Source of the DNA: a virus
Taxonomy: Duplodnaviria; Caudoviricetes
Length of the DNA stretch: 64,000 bases
Strand: one strand, 5' to 3'
IMG/VR virus record: IMGVR_UViG_3300038974_000417
Coordinates: 9,312 to 73,311 of that record
The notes under the pieces were generated by a model, which was given only the letters and a program-made list of their open reading frames with translations, had not been told where the DNA came from and did not search any database. This document shows positions 30,631 to 39,442 of this stretch, one piece after another (within the stretch, counting starts at the first letter, position 1; the number at the start of each line of letters is the position of its first letter). Position numbers and translations under genes: made by a program.

Positions 30631-32427
30631 ATGAAGAAGATAATTTTTAAGAACATAAGAGTGTGTAATTTTTTATCTATTGGATCTAGAGAGATTAAAT
30701 TAGATTTTACTCCTGGTATAAATTTAATAACTGGTATAAATTTAGATAAAGAAGATACTGGAAACGGGAGTGGTAAATCAAGCTTAGTCAATTCTATATA
30801 TTTTGCTTTATATGGCAGAACTTTGAAGGATTTAAAGGTAGATAAAATTCCTAATAGTTTTACTAGAGGACCATGTCGGGTGACTCTGGATTTTGATGTA
30901 TGTCATAATAATAATTTTACTTCTTATTCGGTTATTAGATCTCTCCGCCCTACTAAATTAAAAATATTAAGGGATGGGGAGGATATTACTAAGAGTACTA
31001 TTATTCAGACTACCGAGTTATTGCAGGATATTATTAGTTGCTCTAGTACGGTTTTTGAAAATAGTATAGTAATGGATGCTAATAGTGCTACCAATTTTAT
31101 GTCCCAGAAGAAGGTAGAAAAGCGTAAATTCTTAGAGGGTATTTTAAATCTTACAATATTTGGTGAGATGTTGAGTATTGCTCGAGCTGATTATAATGAT
31201 GCACGATATCAGTTTGATATAGAAAACGCAAAGCTTCAGTCTGAGGTTTCAGCTCTTGATAATTATAGGAAACAATTAGACAGACAGAAGAGCGTAAGGG
31301 ACGAGAGACGTGAGGAATTACAGGGTAGAATTAATGAGATATCTAAGGAGATGGAGTCTTTAAGTAGTAACATTAAAAGCATTCCATCTGATGAAGAGTT
31401 GGGGGTTATAAAATCTAAATGTAGTAAATTGGATGATGCTCTGTCTACCAATCGATTAAATTATAAGAAGTTAATCAAGTTGGAGGCTGAGGTGAATCAG
31501 TCCAAGAAGCATTTGATGGAGAGGCTTGATAAGTTAATTAATTTACCTAATGAGTGTGTGGAGTGTGGTCGTTCATTTTCTGACGAGGATCGAAGGGTGG
31601 TGGGGGATGAGTGCGCGAAGATGAGGGTTGATATATCGGATATCACTAATAAAATTTCGGACGTTAGGAATCAAATTGGTGTAATTGAGGATCAATATAA
31701 AAAAATAGAACAGGGTAAGTTGTTATTATCTCAAAAGCAGAATAATATTAAGGCCTCTGAGAAGCATAATGAAACCGTTAATTGGCGAATTATGCAATTA
31801 TCTAAAACTCTTGATACTTTGCATAAGGATTTGATTGCAGTTGATAGGGACGATTCTGGGTTGACGGATACTATATCTAGTATATCTAAAAAGGTAGATG
31901 GTATACGGGAGACGGTCAACCGGTTGAATGTTAAGATGGATATATTAAAATCTTCTAAATTTATTTTATCAGAAGAGGGTATTCGTAGCTTTATAGTTAA
32001 GAGAATTTTACGAATACTTAATAGTAAGTTGAATATGTATTTAGCCAAGTTAGATGCTAATACTAGATGTGAATTTAATGAATACTTTGAGGAGTCTCTT
32101 TGGGATATATCTGGTAATGAGAGAAGTTATTATAATTTTAGCAATGGGGAACAGCGCCGAATAGACTTGGCTATTCTTTTTGCATTTCAAGATATTCGTC
32201 GTTTACAGGCTGATGTGGATATGAATATTAGTATATATGACGAACTGTTGGATAGTAGTTTGGATAGGAGGGGGTCAGAGCTGGTGATTGCTTTGTTAAA
32301 AGAGCGGGCTGATAAAAATAAGGAGTGTGTATATATAGTTAGTCATCGTAAGGAAGCTCAATCTAGTTATACTAATAAAGTTGTTACGTTACAGAAGAAG
32401 AATGGTATAACTACTCTGGTAGACTAG
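30631..32427 (+). CDS. SbcC/Rad50-like recombination ATPase (T4 gp46-like)
   Basis: NFLSIG, Walker A GNGSGKSS, central CxxC hook (CVECG), signature FSNGEQRRIDLA, IYDELLDSSLD, IVSH. Confidence 0.92.
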   Translation: MKKIIFKNIRVCNFLSIGSREIKLDFTPGINLITGINLDKEDTGNGSGKSSLVNSIYFALYGRTLKDLKVDKIPNSFTRGPCRVTLDFDVCHNNNFTSYSVIRSLRPTKLKILRDGEDITKSTIIQTTELLQDIISCSSTVFENSIVMDANSATNFMSQKKVEKRKFLEGILNLTIFGEMLSIARADYNDARYQFDIENAKLQSEVSALDNYRKQLDRQKSVRDERREELQGRINEISKEMESLSSNIKSIPSDEELGVIKSKCSKLDDALSTNRLNYKKLIKLEAEVNQSKKHLMERLDKLINLPNECVECGRSFSDEDRRVVGDECAKMRVDISDITNKISDVRNQIGVIEDQYKKIEQGKLLLSQKQNNIKASEKHNETVNWRIMQLSKTLDTLHKDLIAVDRDDSGLTDTISSISKKVDGIRETVNRLNVKMDILKSSKFILSEEGIRSFIVKRILRILNSKLNMYLAKLDANTRCEFNEYFEESLWDISGNERSYYNFSNGEQRRIDLAILFAFQDIRRLQADVDMNISIYDELLDSSLDRRGSELVIALLKERADKNKECVYIVSHRKEAQSSYTNKVVTLQKKNGITTLVD

Positions 32428-32611
32428 AGATTGCCCAAAAAATCTTTAAAGCTGTCGAATGTTTTAGATGAAGTATTTTTAATAGCTTCATATTCATTTG
32501 ACTTTTTAATAAATGCACTATTTGCTTCATGTTCACCCATTTTTTTACCTATTTGAGTGGGTAACCATTCATTCAATCTATGTTGTAGTTCTTCTAATAT
32601 AACCGACTTAT

Positions 32612-32902
32612 TGTTTCTTGCAAAAGAAAACCATGATGCTTCAGCACATGGATGAATTTTGCCAGCTTTATTGTTTATATTAAATTAATTTGCTAAAAAG
32701 CAAGAAAATTTAGCTGGTTAGCATAAATAATTATAGGTATAAACAACATATATCTTTCGGTATATGGATGAGGTGAAAGCCTAGAAGATATAAAACCAAA
32801 CGTTTTGGTACCCTGAAGAGGTTAATCTGTGGCAGTGAATCCACCTTGAGCGCCTTAAAGCTCTAAACTGAAGCCAGTGCGCTTTAGCCACTGGTTGTTC
32901 AC
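32612..32902 (+). mobile_element. Non-autonomous IS200/IS605-type element, copy A' (291 bp), identical to copy A
   Basis: Preceded by TTAT (32608-32611). Left hairpins TTTCTT-GCAA-AAGAAA and CCATG..CATGG; internal CATAAATA (32722-32729); right-end hairpin and GTTCAC. Confidence 0.85.
32735..32902 (+). ncRNA. Putative TnpB omegaRNA (reRNA) scaffold, about 168 nt; mirrored at 1138-1305 on -
   Basis: Series of hairpins. The loop GTGAA (32835-32839, in stem GTGG/CCAC) is complementary to the terminal TTCAC, as expected for the omegaRNA pseudoknot. The 5' end is inferred from the internal late promoter. Confidence 0.55.
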
Positions 32903-32962
32903 TCATTGTATTAATACTCCTTGTACGGCCTTTTATTATATTTATATATTCTAAATATTTGA

Positions 32963-33250
32963 ATGAAGAGGAAGTATAGGAGATTGCTTAATCGATCTGG
33001 ATTAGAGAAATGTGAGATATGTGGTAGAGAGGGAATTTTAGTACAGCATCATATCCGTGGTAGGAATATCCCTAATGCCAATCATCCGAGCAATTTAGCT
33101 AACATATGTCCCAACTGTCATGCTGATATACATAATGGTATTATTATATTAGAAGACTGGGTGATGACCACCGGTGGATATGAATTATTATATCATCATT
33201 ACAAAGAACCTAGTTTAACTGGTAATGATGCTAAGCCTTGGTTAATTTAA
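32963..33250 (+). CDS. Small HNH endonuclease
   Basis: CEICG, QHHIRG, NHPSNLANICPNCHADIH; TAAATA 5 nt upstream of the ATG. Confidence 0.8.
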   Translation: MKRKYRRLLNRSGLEKCEICGREGILVQHHIRGRNIPNANHPSNLANICPNCHADIHNGIIILEDWVMTTGGYELLYHHYKEPSLTGNDAKPWLI

Positions 33251-34228
33251 GTTGGTTATATCTATTGAATGTCTTATAGCTTGCCACATATCAAGGTATT
33301 TATATGTAGCTAGTCTCCCGGTGAATATAACATTTTTTTCATCTTTAGCAAGATTAGCATATTTTTGATATATTTCTTTACCTGAGCCAAACGGTATTGG
33401 ATAGAAGGGTATATTATTGTTATCATGTTCAATGGGATATTCTTCAGTAATAATAGTGCTGCCGGAGTGATTATAGGTGAAATAGCTATGATCGTATACT
33501 CTAGTATATGGAATATTTTTTATATTTTGATTTATTATAAATGTATTCATTTTTTCTTTATTTTGTTTATGTTTAAAATTTAGTGATCTATAGGGTAATC
33601 TACCGTACTGAAGGTTAAAGTATTCATCTATTTTACCGGTATATACTAATAAGTCACATTTTACATTTTTCCACTCGTTATTATCAACGCATAGGTTGTA
33701 TTTAATACCGTCTAACATATTAGTCATCATATTAGTATAGCCGTATTTAGGTATACATTGATACTTTTGACCTTCAAACCAGGTGGGATCTTCATGTTTT
33801 GCTACTTTAGGTATTCTGTTAATAATTTCTGTGGGTATTTGATTAAATTTTACTCCCCATTGTTTTTCTGAATATCCCACAAATATATATTTTAAAATTT
33901 CATCTTCTGATAATTCCCTACCAATTTCCTTTATAGTTTTTTTACTATATGGAAGCGACAGTAGTCCCAGTTTAGTATTACCCTTCGGCTTAAGTTGAAA
34001 TGGGATCCACTCAGTATATCTACTAAGTAGTAAATATACCTCTTCATCATCAGTGTGAAATATATGTGGGCCATATAGATGAACTAAAGTATTCTTTATT
34101 TTTTCATCATAACAATTACCACCTATATGTGATCTATTTTCAAAAATTTCTATATTATGTCCTTGTTCTTTAAGTTTTATAGCACATACAATACCCGATA
34201 AGCCGCAGCCAATAATATTAATTTTCAT
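33242..34228 (-). CDS. glf: UDP-galactopyranose mutase
   Basis: IIGCGLSG, HIGGNCYD, HLYGPHIFHT, KQWG, YQCIPKYGYT, LPYRSL, YTRV, PFYP, GRLATYKYLDM. Confidence 0.9.
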   Translation of the reverse strand: MKINIIGCGLSGIVCAIKLKEQGHNIEIFENRSHIGGNCYDEKIKNTLVHLYGPHIFHTDDEEVYLLLSRYTEWIPFQLKPKGNTKLGLLSLPYSKKTIKEIGRELSEDEILKYIFVGYSEKQWGVKFNQIPTEIINRIPKVAKHEDPTWFEGQKYQCIPKYGYTNMMTNMLDGIKYNLCVDNNEWKNVKCDLLVYTGKIDEYFNLQYGRLPYRSLNFKHKQNKEKMNTFIINQNIKNIPYTRVYDHSYFTYNHSGSTIITEEYPIEHDNNNIPFYPIPFGSGKEIYQKYANLAKDEKNVIFTGRLATYKYLDMWQAIRHSIDITNLN

Positions 34229-35043
34229 ATCGTTTGTATTAACCGATTTATTTCAACCAAAGCACTGTCGCGTGATAAGCATATGTTGTCTAATTTTCTT
34301 TGGTTATGAATGATATATTTTTGTAGTTCTTTATCTTTTTCGATTCTTTCATAGTTAATTAATAAATCAGAAAGATCGCGCTTTACTGGTATGAAGTTTT
34401 CCCATGGTTTAAGGTACCTATAAAACCATTCATACCACGGACGCGATACTATAAATACAATGCGTTTTGATGACAGTAGATATTTAAGTCTACCTGAATA
34501 ACCGACACCTTCTACGTCTATTAAATATTTCCATTTTTTTATCTGTTCTTCGTAATTCAAGTATTGTCCACCTATAATACAATCTGTGTTAATTCTGTCC
34601 CAGATGTTAGATCTTATATCAAGTGTATCTGTATTAGATTGTCCTAATTTATATAATGTCTTTCGAGTTGTAATACTATCTGTACCTGCCCCAATCCACC
34701 CTATCTTATTAGTCTCGGGAGTTACGTCGATTTTATTAATTAATGAGCGAACGTCTTCATAGTCCTTATATCCCACATGGCGATAGCAGTCATAGTTAAA
34801 GTCAGGGAATGTTTCGTTAAAATTTTGAGTAGTAGTTGAATATTTGAAGGTTTTAGCGCTACCTATATCATATGGTGAGTCATCTACATTAACGATAAAT
34901 TCAATTTGTTTTCTAATTTTAAATTTGTCAATGGTGCTTCTTATGAGTTTAATAGTACTTAAGCATCTGTCTTCATATCCATTTTCAATAAAGTAGCGCT
35001 GGTTGCTATTATTTAGCATGCATTTTACATACTGTATATTCAT
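34225..35043 (-). CDS. Glycosyltransferase family 90 (CAP10/KDELC-like)
   Basis: KWKYLIDVEGVGYSGRLKYLLSSKRIVF and EWFYRYLKPWENFIPVKRDLSDL. Confidence 0.8.
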   Translation of the reverse strand: MNIQYVKCMLNNSNQRYFIENGYEDRCLSTIKLIRSTIDKFKIRKQIEFIVNVDDSPYDIGSAKTFKYSTTTQNFNETFPDFNYDCYRHVGYKDYEDVRSLINKIDVTPETNKIGWIGAGTDSITTRKTLYKLGQSNTDTLDIRSNIWDRINTDCIIGGQYLNYEEQIKKWKYLIDVEGVGYSGRLKYLLSSKRIVFIVSRPWYEWFYRYLKPWENFIPVKRDLSDLLINYERIEKDKELQKYIIHNQRKLDNICLSRDSALVEINRLIQTI

Positions 35044-35058
35044 ATTATTGTACTTTCA

Positions 35059-36012
35059 TTATGTATTAATTGATTCAATCAATTGTATATATCTATCAAC
35101 CACCACGTTCCAGTCAAATTTACTAAGTACGTATTCCCTGATTTTGTCGCGCATATTAATAGAAATTCGTTTATTCTCGTCTATTACATTTCTGATATAT
35201 TGTTTGTCTGATATTTTATTTTCAGGTATTACTGCAATAAATGGTTGATCTACGTCTAAGTTTTGGCATGCGTATTCCGATAGCACTAATCCTAGACCTG
35301 CACACATGGCTTCCATGCAAACTAGCGGATGTCCCTCACCGTCGCTTAGTAGTACTAAATTTGCATAATCCGTCAGCTTAGTATAAATCTCTTCCTTAAA
35401 TAGCGTACCTTTGTAGTATTGTAAAAATCTATCCATCGTAGAGTCTTTTCGGACGCCATAGAAATCTATGTCCTGTGATATATCTTCAAGTATATATTGT
35501 CTTTTGCGAAACTCAACTGATGCTAAATATATTGATTTATTGGAATTACAAGTGCTGGAATATTTAATTTTTTCCTTATTGACTCCATTATATGATAGGA
35601 AGAGTCTTTTTTCATCAAAACCTGCGTCTCTATATACTTTCATTGCTTCTGGAGATAGACAAAATATATTACCTGAATACGAAAGAAATTTTTGAAATAT
35701 ATATGGATACGGTCTGAATACCGGGTGATATTTTGGTCGATCTAGATATCCATAGTGAGATGTGACAGCCTGTTTTTTGCAGTTTATATATTTCATTACA
35801 TCGATATGTTGATCGTGATGCAGGTGTACGAAATCCGGTGAAAACTCGTTTACATTTTTTACTATAGTACTAAAATCTTTTGTATTAGTAATCAATACCT
35901 TGTGACCCTTGTTTTTTAGAGTGTTAGCTACGTCCCATATTAATATTTCCGTTGCTCCCCAGCCTCTGGGTGGTATTTCTATTTCCCCTGGTCCTATTAG
36001 TGCTATTTTCAT
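35059..36012 (-). CDS. Glycosyltransferase (GT4-like)
   Basis: MKIALIGPG..IPPRGWGATE, DFVHLH, EGHPLVCMEAMCAGL, FDWNVV. Confidence 0.85.
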   Translation of the reverse strand: MKIALIGPGEIEIPPRGWGATEILIWDVANTLKNKGHKVLITNTKDFSTIVKNVNEFSPDFVHLHHDQHIDVMKYINCKKQAVTSHYGYLDRPKYHPVFRPYPYIFQKFLSYSGNIFCLSPEAMKVYRDAGFDEKRLFLSYNGVNKEKIKYSSTCNSNKSIYLASVEFRKRQYILEDISQDIDFYGVRKDSTMDRFLQYYKGTLFKEEIYTKLTDYANLVLLSDGEGHPLVCMEAMCAGLGLVLSEYACQNLDVDQPFIAVIPENKISDKQYIRNVIDENKRISINMRDKIREYVLSKFDWNVVVDRYIQLIESINT

Positions 36013-36776
36013 TGTTTTAATAAATCCCTATCAAATGGTATGTTATAATAATCCTTGACATAGTGCATTAACGACTCTCCGTTAAATTCGTGATCTGGGT
36101 CTGGCGCTCTTCTGGTTTTTTCGCTATGATTAAGCGATGGACCGTAGTTGAGACCTATCATTAAAAAAGTTGATGTTAAAAAGCAATCGGTATAACAAAA
36201 TCTATTTTCTATATTTTTCATAATATATTCATAGTCATAATTTCTGAAGAAATTATCTATTGCCTTGACTAGAGACGATTTCTTTAAAATAGTACCCCCA
36301 CACCCACCGTATCCCACATCACTTACGGATATATTATTTTTTGCTTTTATATATTTTGCCATAGAGTATAATCCTCCTCGCATACCGTGAGGCCCGGCAA
36401 TATCAGTACTCCATCTCTTATATATAGGTCCTCTTAATATTAAATCGTCCTCAGCGAAAAGTATAATCTCTGTAGATGTTAATCTGCAGGTAGTCTTTAA
36501 TCTTGCACAAAATGATACATAGTTATCATAGTTCAATAATAGAGGAGACGTATCTCCGGGTCTCATACTAAATGTGGATTTAATATGATGTATATATGTT
36601 ATATTTTTAAAATATTCAACTAAATCATTATAGTCATCACCATTGTCAGAATGGAGAAATATCTGTACCTTTGGATAGTATAATCTTATTGATTCAATAC
36701 ATTTAAAGGTGGCGTATTTTTGCTTATAACAATTTAAAAATACACAGAACTCGTTATCTTGTAATATTTCTGTCAT
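36009..36776 (-). CDS. Glycosyltransferase (GT-A fold)
   Basis: HSDNGDD, LFAEDD (DxD-like), YGGCGGTI; located in the GT cluster. Confidence 0.6.
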   Translation of the reverse strand: MTEILQDNEFCVFLNCYKQKYATFKCIESIRLYYPKVQIFLHSDNGDDYNDLVEYFKNITYIHHIKSTFSMRPGDTSPLLLNYDNYVSFCARLKTTCRLTSTEIILFAEDDLILRGPIYKRWSTDIAGPHGMRGGLYSMAKYIKAKNNISVSDVGYGGCGGTILKKSSLVKAIDNFFRNYDYEYIMKNIENRFCYTDCFLTSTFLMIGLNYGPSLNHSEKTRRAPDPDHEFNGESLMHYVKDYYNIPFDRDLLKQ

Positions 36777-36792
36777 AAATTATCCTCTATAT

Positions 36793-37599
36793 TCATGTAG
36801 ATAATATATCATTTAGTTTACTGTATCTATTATATTGATGTATGATGGAGGGTAGTAAATTGTTGTAGTATATTTTATTGTCTCGTATAGTAATGGCTTC
36901 AAATATGTTATTCAGTTCAACGTCTTGCGCCAGGTGTGCACATGTGTTGTTTGGCATTAAATGTAGTGTGACGTTTCGCCAGTCGAAGAAATAGTTATTA
37001 TAGCAGTATGTAGCTACTGCTTGATCTGATTGTTTTGCGCCACTTTTTATTATTATGCTTTGCAATTCATTTACAAATAGTTTTAGATATAGTAGTATAT
37101 CGCTATGTTTAATTATTATGACACCGTTATTTATTATTGGCTTATCATAATCTATAGAGAGTTGCTTGTATCCGTAGCATTGAGCATACCAGAGTGCATT
37201 TGTTATACACTGTCCGATTTTGAGTTTTTCTGCAAAAAGGTTTATGTCGTTTAATTCGGTCTTAAATGGATCGCTCTGTACATATACGTCATTAATATCA
37301 CTGAGTAATATATAATCGTATTGATCTTTTAGATGATACTTAATATACAGATATATAATAAAATATTTTACATTATATATTGATAGACTAGTATTAATTT
37401 TGTATTTTATATAATAGCTTGAATAGTCAACTAGCTTTACGTTGGGATAGAATTTTTTTATATTATCTATTATGTCGGTTCCTACGTCTTTGTATAAAAC
37501 GTGTATATCGGTATGAATTTTTGCTATAGAACTTATAAAGACTTTTATGTTAGTAAAGTCTTTATATCCACTCATCAGAGCTATTGTTAAATTTTTCAT
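36793..37599 (-). CDS. Glycosyltransferase-like protein (GT-A fold)
   Basis: ILLSDINDVYVQSDPF, INNGVII, DQAV, IIHQYNR. Confidence 0.65.
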   Translation of the reverse strand: MKNLTIALMSGYKDFTNIKVFISSIAKIHTDIHVLYKDVGTDIIDNIKKFYPNVKLVDYSSYYIKYKINTSLSIYNVKYFIIYLYIKYHLKDQYDYILLSDINDVYVQSDPFKTELNDINLFAEKLKIGQCITNALWYAQCYGYKQLSIDYDKPIINNGVIIIKHSDILLYLKLFVNELQSIIIKSGAKQSDQAVATYCYNNYFFDWRNVTLHLMPNNTCAHLAQDVELNNIFEAITIRDNKIYYNNLLPSIIHQYNRYSKLNDILST

Positions 37600-38408
37600 A
37601 GTACCTTTCTGGCGTATGTAGCTTTTAGTCTCTCTAACGATTCAATTACTTTGGGCTCATCAGTCGGTGGTATTTGAGTTGGAACACATCCGTATTTACG
37701 CGTGAATATTCCAATGGCATTTTGCATATTCTGTTGCCATTTTACTACGTCTTTACGAATTTCACTACCTTCAAAATTTTGTTTTATATCAGATATGTCT
37801 ATATGACTGTTGTGTGCATCTGCGAACCACCAGAATGGTGGATGTAGACCAGCCTTTATAATGTCGTACGTGTGAGCTACGTGCTCGAACGCATTTATAA
37901 ATCTTTCATCCATGTAGCCTACGTTCTTAATTACACCTTTATGATAATAGCTAAATGCACCTAGAATGTTGTGATAAAAATCAACTGTAATGCTATCTTC
38001 ATATTCAATTTGGTTTTTAATGTTAATTGCACCAGTTTGTGGATCTCTATTATAAGATCCGTGACCACCATAGTTCAAATGCCATATACCCGAAACCTCT
38101 GCTGTTTTAATATATTTTATGAAGATATCTGGATTATTAATTTTTATATCATCCTCTATTAAAAATAGATGATCACATCCATCTTGAATGAGGTATCTTA
38201 AAGCCTCGTTTTTACTTACCCCTACGCTCTTGTTTTTAGTATGTTGAATTATTTCTGTTATATTAGATGTATAAACATCTGGGGCATAGGGTGCGCCATC
38301 ATTTACAACTACCAGGGTATCAACTGAGGGGATAGACTTGATACATTCCTTGAAGAATGAATCACGATTGCATGTTATAACACCTACTCCTATTTTATTT
38401 TTCATCAT
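37596..38408 (-). CDS. Glycosyltransferase family 2
   Basis: IGVGVITCNR, VVNDG, KNEAL, FLIEDD, GYMDERF. Confidence 0.85.
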   Translation of the reverse strand: MMKNKIGVGVITCNRDSFFKECIKSIPSVDTLVVVNDGAPYAPDVYTSNITEIIQHTKNKSVGVSKNEALRYLIQDGCDHLFLIEDDIKINNPDIFIKYIKTAEVSGIWHLNYGGHGSYNRDPQTGAINIKNQIEYEDSITVDFYHNILGAFSYYHKGVIKNVGYMDERFINAFEHVAHTYDIIKAGLHPPFWWFADAHNSHIDISDIKQNFEGSEIRKDVVKWQQNMQNAIGIFTRKYGCVPTQIPPTDEPKVIESLERLKATYARKVL

Positions 38409-39442
38409 GATACCTTTTTGTATGTTTCTATTATATATGTCTCTACCTCTGATTTATAGGGTATGTCGATGTTTTCAATGTACTCATGGATACTTTTTAC
38501 TGTATCTACTCCGGTTATATTTAAATCATCACCTGGAGATATATCAGCTGAATCGGTTATATAGTCAATTTTTATATCTAATGGATTTAGTATTTTCAGT
38601 TTTTCAGTTATGGCAATTAGAGCGTCAGGATTTACTTTTATATCTACAATTATTTTTATCCAATTATTGGGAATGATTTGTTTAATATCGTTAGTTAATC
38701 CGTTCTTTTTAATGTCTGATACATATATTTTTTTATGTTTTGGAGATATAGTATTCTCGTAAAATTTATATGAGTTGTCTGTAACGTCTATAATATAGTA
38801 TCCCTTATCGGAGCTGTAGTCTCCCCAGTACAATTCAAAAGCACAGCCGGTGTATAATATTGTTTTATTATTAAACGTCCGTTCGTCCTTCCCATGGAAG
38901 TGACCTGAGATGGTTAGATCAGCTTTATCGAGTATGTTAATGGGGCTTAATCCGGATTCACATACTCTTTCTTTGGTCATATTGAACCCTTGAATTTCAA
39001 AATGACCGAATATTATATCACTCTTTGGTAGATTGGATGGATCTGACGCCCACGGGCAGAATGATATGGTTTTACCGAAGAATTTATCCGAGTATATGGA
39101 GTCTACAACTGTAATATTGTCCCAGTTTTTAAGCATTTCTAAGCTGTGTACATCACTACGCTCCTTGTAATAACTGTCGTGATTCCCTACAACAATTATA
39201 ATGTTAAATTGCTTCAGTGATTCAAACATCCTGGATACTACTGATAGAGTGGCTACGTTAACCTCATTTCGTTCATGAAGTATATCTCCTGGAATGATGA
39301 TATCCGCTATATCATGTTTAATGCACTCTTGCTTAAACCACTCACTCCACGATATTAATATATCGTGCCACTGAGTACTGTTTTGATGGACGCCCGCGTG
39401 TATGTCGCTGACTACTGCAACTTTAGGTTTTAGTATTTTCAT
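38405..39442 (-). CDS. SbcD/Mre11-like recombination nuclease (T4 gp47-like)
   Basis: SDIHAG, PGDILH, VGNHDSY, FGHFEI, SGHFH, YTG. Confidence 0.9.
   Translation of the reverse strand: MKILKPKVAVVSDIHAGVHQNSTQWHDILISWSEWFKQECIKHDIADIIIPGDILHERNEVNVATLSVVSRMFESLKQFNIIIVVGNHDSYYKERSDVHSLEMLKNWDNITVVDSIYSDKFFGKTISFCPWASDPSNLPKSDIIFGHFEIQGFNMTKERVCESGLSPINILDKADLTISGHFHGKDERTFNNKTILYTGCAFELYWGDYSSDKGYYIIDVTDNSYKFYENTISPKHKKIYVSDIKKNGLTNDIKQIIPNNWIKIIVDIKVNPDALIAITEKLKILNPLDIKIDYITDSADISPGDDLNITGVDTVKSIHEYIENIDIPYKSEVETYIIETYKKVS

Larger units (their letters stand above)
32424..32906 (-). pseudogene. 63-aa gene interrupted after its 4th nucleotide by element A'
   Basis: Joining 32906-32903 to 32611-32424 gives MNKSVILEELQHRLNEWLPTQIGKKMGEHEANSAFIKKSNEYEAIKNTSSKTFDSFKDFLGNL*. 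AAGGAG SD (32917-32922) and TATAAATA (32939-32946) lie upstream on -. Confidence 0.75.

Noticed and set aside
1138-32902. The 295-bp inverted repeats as terminal repeats of one 31-kb transposon, or as an assembly artefact
   Set aside because: Each copy has its own left and right end, and each empty site reconstructs a meaningful sequence (a promoter; an ORF with SD), so they are two independent insertions.
32612-32902. IStron (self-splicing) rescue of the interrupted gene
   Set aside because: The element is antisense to the host gene, only 291 bp long, and shows no recognisable group I core.
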